Assembly: GCF_009914755.1 (NCBI RefSeq)
Contig: NC_060947.1
Source of the DNA: the human T2T-CHM13v2.0 reference genome, Homo sapiens
Strand: one strand, 5' to 3'
DNA length: 64,000 bases
This document shows positions 57,390-64,000 of this stretch, in pieces. Each line of letters begins with the position of its first letter. Position 1 is the first letter of the stretch. The notes beneath the pieces were generated by a model. The model made no database searches. It had not been told where the DNA came from and was given only the letters and a program-made list of their open reading frames with translations. A program made the translations under genes and the position numbers.

Positions 57390-60300
57390 ACCTCCATTTA
57401 TGCTTTTAAGATCTACACATGTTGCACTTTGTAGATCCAATCTATTGCTTGTAACTGTTAATAGTATTCCAAGTTGTGCAACTACCATATTTTACCTGAA
57501 CACTCGCCTAGGGATAGACACACAGTCTGCCTCCATTTTCCAGGCATACCATCAACACTGCATTAAACATCCTTGTGCATGTACCCTGATGCATCTCTAT
57601 GAAATTTCCTTATCATATAAACTCAGGCTCAAAATTGCTAAAGCTTAGTCTATGTGTGCATTTAATTTTACTAAGTAGTGTGGATTGCTCTACTAAATAG
57701 ATGAACTGATCTGTAGTCCTAAAAGCAAATGATAAAGATGACTGTCGCCAGATCTCTGAACACATTTAGCACAGTGTAACTTTCTAATTTTTGTCAGTCT
57801 AGTAGGTGTAGAGCGATCTCATTTTCTTTTGATTTCTATTTCTGTAGATGACAATAATTTTTAGAGTCTTATCACATGCTTGTTGTCTTTTGAGGTTTCA
57901 TTCAGCAAATTTCTCATTATATCTCTTTTCCATTAGTTTTTGCAATTGGAATTGTCTTTCATTCTTTATTTGCACATAATTTTATACAAAAGATAAAATC
58001 CTTCTTTATTTCAGATGTGGCAAATAATATATTTTTCCACTTTGTCAATTGTGGATTAAATTTGTCCAGTGTTTTTTGTTTAATAGAAATCCTTAATTTT
58101 CACATAATCAAATTCATAACACTTTTGCCATATTGTTGGTGTTTTTAAAGGAAGTTTTTCCTTTCTATGAATCATGCCCTTCTAAATTCTTTAAAATTAA
58201 TGTTATTGTTTTGCCATTCAAATTTTGTCCTTTAATCTGATTATAAACCAGCATTTCATGTAGCAGTAAATAATCAATAATCCAGTTTTATTTTATTTCA
58301 TATGGTGATCCAGTTTTCCCAACATCCTCTATATAGCAGTCCGTTTCCCCCATTGACATGTGTTCCATAATTGTGTCAAGTTCCCTTCTACATCTGTCTC
58401 TGAACTCACTGTGGTATTTCATTTGCTGAGCTTTCCTTGCTTTGATAATATACTCTTTTAATTCTGGACTTAGTTTTATGTCTTAATATCAGGTATAGAC
58501 AGTCCTCCATCTTTAATCTTCTTTTTAAAGATTGACCTATCTATTCTGGATTTTTCTTCATCCATACAGTGTTTGGAGCAAGTTTATAAATTATCTTAAA
58601 TATCATGCTACAATTTTCACCGGAATACTATTGAATTTTTTAACTAATTTGTGGGGAATTGCTGTCTTTATATCTATCAATCAAAAGCATCGAATATTTT
58701 ATATTTTTATTGGAGTTTTAAAGTTTCTTTATGAATATCTTATTTATTCTTGTTTAAACTAATTTTTAGATTACAAATAGCAAGTCATTATTTCATCATA
58801 TGTTCTAATTAGCTACTCCTGACTATTTTTATAGGATAACTTTGCTTCCAACAACACAGCTGATTCCGATAGTTTGTCCGCACTCTGTTGATTTTTCTAG
58901 GTAAATGATCTTTTCATTCACAAAAAAATATCACCTTTATTGTCTTACCTTCCAATCTTGAATAGCTCTGTTTTCTTTCTTTAGTTTTGGCTAGGTCCTC
59001 CTGTCCTAAATTAAAATGTAGCAGCGATAGTAGACACTCTTGCCTTTGTTCAAATCATAAAGAAAATGCAGCAAAGTTACTCCAATAAGCATAATATTTG
59101 CTGTAATGAGTTATAATACAGATTCACCAAGATGAGGAAGTTCCTTTATATTCTTGGCTTGATAGAAGTTTCCATTTAAATTGCAGAAGAGTTGTATCAA
59201 ATATTTATTCTGTATTGATTGAGATAATTATATGAATTCTCCTTTGATCTGTTTACATTAAAAGCAATATTGATAGATTTTCTGATGTTGGAATGTTGTT
59301 GCATTTTCGTGATACCCCTACTTGACTGTGTTGTGAAATACATCATTAGATATAGTTTGTTAATATTTTACTCGGAATATTGGCATCTATATTTATAAGA
59401 AAACAGAGCTATTAATTTTGTTATTTGAAATTATCCTTATTTGATTTTGCAATCAAGATTGCACTATCCTGATAAAATGAGATGGGCAAACGTGCTCCTG
59501 TTCTGTATTCTGATCAATGATGTACGAGAAGAAATAATTGTTCCTTAAAAGTGCTGGAACTCACGTGTAAAACCATCCAATTCTGGAGTGGTTTTTTGAT
59601 TTGTCTGTTTATTTTTTTTTTCTTTTTGAGGGAAGAGTGTTTATCAGCCATTTAGCCATTTCAATTGCTTTGATTCTTATAGGTCTATTGAAATTCTCTA
59701 TTTCTTCTTGCATCGATTTAGACATTTTACATTTTTTAGGAGATAGTATAGTTCAATCACATTTTCAGTAATAGTATATATTTGCACATGTACTTATTCT
59801 AAATTATTTACTGTATAGGTTTTTCTTCTTTCTCATTCCGCCTTTTGTTTATTTTATATCTTATTTTTTTCTTGACTACATCGTAAAAAAATTTGTCTAC
59901 TTTGTTAGACTTTTCAAAGTATAACCTATAACCTTTGATTTTGTTAACCTTCTATATTACCATTCGTCACTATTGCATTAATTTCTACCCTTATCTTTTA
60001 TTTATTTTAGATTTTTTTAAGTTTTACTTCTTGGTATTTATCAAACTACTTGAATTTAAATGTTTAGTTCATTTATTTTAAACCTTCCTTGTTTTCCAAC
60101 AATGAATTTGAAGCTACAAAGTTTCCTGTACATACATTCGTATTTGTGTCCTTTATATTGTGACATGTAGTATTTTGATTGTCACTTGGTTCCAAATGCT
60201 TCTTTACTCCTTTTTATTTCATTTTTTATCAAAAGATTATTCTGGCATATGTTTTGGCCTTTTCCTGAAATATCATATATTTAAACCAATATTTTGTCAC

Positions 60301-61100
60301 TAATTTCTATTTTGTTGCATTGTAATCGGAGAACACGATATCGATATTGATCACTTGAACTTCATTAAGGCTTGTTTTATGGCCTAAACTTTGGTCTATT
60401 TTTTCCATCACATTTCCAGTATTTCCTGGGAAGAGTTCTATACATATGTAAAAATCGAACTGTATTATTCAAATCTTCAATATCTCCACTGATTACTTAT
60501 ATGTTTGATGTATTATTTTTATTTAGATGAAAATGGTAACAATCTCCAGGTAAATTTGATGATTTCATTATTTGTCTATTTTTCTTCATTTCTACTAGGT
60601 ATTTGACATATTTTGAGGATGTAAAGTTAGGAGTAGATAGCTTTTTGATGATATATATTCTTGATTTTTTTTCCTTTTACAAGTATGTAATTCCTTCTTA
60701 GGGGTTCATAATACATTTGACTTAAATTTTATTTTGTCAGTAATTGGGATTATTACTCAAGTTTTTTTGATTGGCATATATATTTCCCATTTTTAAAATG
60801 TTCAACCAGTTCATAACCTTTCATATTAAGTATTTCCTCTATAGATTCTTTGAATCAGTTACTTTTAAATATTTACATTTGTATTGTATATGTTAGGACA
60901 CGTTTCTTTTCCCTGTTTTATGTTTTTTCATTTACTTTTTTTACTCCTTTTTTCCCTCCTTCCTGCTTTCCATTGGCTAGATTTCTTCTCTTGGCTTAAA
61001 ATTTAAACATTCTAATTTACCCGAACATTGTAAATTAAGGTGCATTCATGTATTTGTTTACCACTATTGATATTTTAAACCGTATCTGCATACACATTGA
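57390..61100 (-). mobile_element. Very old L1ME-like fragments
   Basis: T-rich strand with L1 antisense motifs (ccagttttcccaacatc, gaggaagttcc, taaaaccatc, ctatttcttcttg). Confidence 0.55.
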
Positions 61101-61447
61101 CTCTTTAAAAAAGACAAGTACACTAGCACACATTTATTTCCCTTTGGTTCCTCACTCTAATGTGATAAAAATATCTAAATTTTTTCTTTTTTAAAATTTT
61201 TCTTAGAAACAACATAATTTTACCAGATAAAATTATTTTATTCATGATTAACATAGTTCTTTCATTTTCCACTGAATTTGTTTTTCTTTAATTACAACGA
61301 AAGGTTTAAATACTGATTTGTTTATTTAACCTATAACAACCATAACAGTCTGGTTAAAAATTTCCAAGAGAGCATACCCTTTTAAGCAGAAAATAGTACA
61401 GAAGACAAAATAAAAATAAAATGCCTTTTCTTTGTTTCTAGATCTCT

Positions 61448-62678
61448 TTTTTTAATTTTTAGTTTTTGTGGGTAGATAGTAGCTATACATGAGATGTTTT
61501 GATACAGTCATGCAATGTGTAATAATTACATGATGGAGAAGGGGGTATCTATCCCCTCAAGCACATATCCTTTGTGTTACAAACAACATAATTATACTCT
61601 TTTATTTATTTTAAAATATACAATTAAATTATTACTGACTATATAGTCACCCTGTTGTGCAATCAAATAATTGATTTTATTCAATATTCTTTCTATTATT
61701 TTGTACCCATTAACCATCCCCACTTCCCCCTTCAACCTCCACTCCCTTTCTTGGCCTCAGGTAACCATCCTTCCACTCCCTATCTCCATGAGTTCAATTG
61801 CTTTGAATTTAGATCCCACAAATAGGATAGAACATGCAATGTTTGCCTTTCTGTGCCTGGCTTATTTCACTTAACATAATGATCTCCCGTTCCATCCACG
61901 TAGTTGTAAATGACAGGATCTCATTCTTTTTTATGGCTGAATAGTACTTACTTGTGTATATATACCACATTTTCTTTATCCATTCATCTGTTGATGGACA
62001 CGTTGCTTCCAAACCTTGGCTACTGTGAATAGTGCTCCAACAAACATGCAAATGCAGATATCTCTTCAATATACTGATACATTTTCTTTGAGGTATATAC
62101 CCAGCAGTGGGATTTCTGGATTGTTTGGTAGCTCTCTTTAGTTTTTTGAGGAACCTCCATACTGTTTGCCATAGTGGTTGTACTAATTTACATTCCCTCC
62201 AACAGTGTACGAGAGTTCCCTTTTTCTACATCCTTGCCAGCATTTTTTATTGTCTGTCTTTTATATATAAGCCATTTTAACTGGGGTGAGATGATATCTC
62301 ATTGTAGTTTTTATTTGCATTTCTCTTTTCATATGCCTGTTTACCATTTGTATGTTTTCTTTTGAGAAATGTCTATTCAGATCTTTTGCCCAATTTTAGA
62401 TTGGATTATTAGATTTTTTTCCTATAGAGTGGTTTGAGTTCTTTATATCTTCTGGTTATTAATCCCTTGTCAGATGGGTAGTTTGAAGATATTTTTCCCA
62501 TTCTGTGTGTTTTCTCTTCTCTTTGTTGATTGTTTCCTTTGCTGTGCAGAAGCTTTTTAACTTGATGTGATTCCATTTGTCCATTTTTGCTTTGGTTGCC
62601 TGTGCTTGTGGGGTATGATTTAAGAAAGTTTTGCCCAGTCCAATGTCCTGGAGAGTTTCCCCAATGTTTTCTTGCATG
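61448..62678 (-). mobile_element. 5'-truncated L1MA (about L1MA2/3)
   Basis: Same 3' UTR type as 5963; ORF2 remnants KAKMDKWNHIKLKSFCTAKETI and DEWIKKMWYIYT; TSD tttgtttctagat at 61431-61443 and 62679-62691. Confidence 0.9.
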
Positions 62679-62917
62679 TTTGTTTCTAGATTTCTTACTG
62701 TACTAGGGCAGCCTACATTTTTATGTAGTAGATAAAAGGTTAAACTCTCTCCTTCAAAAAGTCATAAGTTTCAGGTCTCCCTTTTCAAGAGATGATTTCA
62801 AGAGTTTTTTAGAGCTTTCTGAAAATTGGAAATAACCTCTTTCACCACAATATGAACAGGAATTCTGATTAACTTCAACATAAAAGTATTGCACAATCCA
62901 ATTTAATACATGTTTTT

Positions 62918-63221
<304 letters not shown>

Positions 63222-64000
63222 TAATACATGTTTTTAATTAAACTAGGTAAATGACTCATGGGTGAACTAAGAACATAAGCATTAACAATTCAGGATCCCA
63301 CAATAATAATTTTGTTCAAGAAATAATTACACTTCCTTTAAAATTCAAAAATGTGCAGGCATATAGGAAAATCACAACGAAGTTAACTAATATAATTACA
63401 CTTTTAAAAAACAATAATTTAGGAAAAAGATACCCATTTTCATCAGTTTCAGAGACAAAGTTGTCTAATAAGAAATGAATTGGTAGGAACAGAGGGTATA
63501 TGGGAATTCTGTACTTTACACTCAATTTTGCTGTGAACCTAAAACTACTCTAAAGAATAAACTGTGTTAATTGGAAAAAGAAAATAAATCAGTGATTGGC
63601 CTTTTCATGCCAAATATCTCTTACTAAACTTGGAACTTAAAATATTTTTTGAATAATTGTCATTATCTACCTTCAAAAAAACAGGAATAGGGCAAAGCTG
63701 TTTAATAACTCCTTAATCGATCTTTACATAGAAGAGTACTTCTCCTTGGAAATGGGATTACTAGTGTAGAAGTGAGTCTTTTTTGCTTAGGTATGCACAG
63801 ATTAATAAATATATGGCCGTTCATAAAATATTTCCTAATAAAAAATTTCTAAATTACTCTAGAGGACTCTGAGCAAACTGCAGTGGTCATAAAAGGTATT
63901 TGCAGTCAATTAAAAGTGTAGGTAGAAATCTAATGCAGAAGAATTCAGTACCATTAGGTAGTTCAGCATTTACCACTTCTCAGGTAAAAATCTGTAAGAT

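Overview
This is a repeat-dense, AT-rich primate (most likely human or great-ape) intronic or intergenic window. I found no host protein-coding exon, tRNA, rRNA or CRISPR array. The main feature is a near-full-length young LINE-1 (21545-27540, + strand, 14-bp TSD) of L1PA2/L1HS-intermediate type (GCG/A). Its ORF2 (1275 aa) and ORF0 (71 aa) are intact, but ORF1 is broken by E41* and a frameshift. It lacks the first ~25 nt including the YY1 site, has an extra 5' G, and carries a patch of older-L1PA-type sequence at the end of ORF1. The rest consists of ten Alus (one AluYd-type), older L1 fragments, MaLR/ERV1/ERVL solo LTRs (several with perfect TSDs), a near-full-length Tigger1, other DNA-transposon fossils, L2/MIR, and a ~1.75 kb 28-bp minisatellite. 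The most unusual structures are a locally templated inverted insertion at ~8.24-8.41 kb, a TSD-flanked insert made only of an L1 5' end at ~51 kb, the inverted/direct repeat knot beside the minisatellite, and an AP-1 motif cluster at ~4 kb. I cannot support a wholly new biological system. Subfamily names come from recalled consensus sequences and need RepeatMasker/Dfam confirmation.
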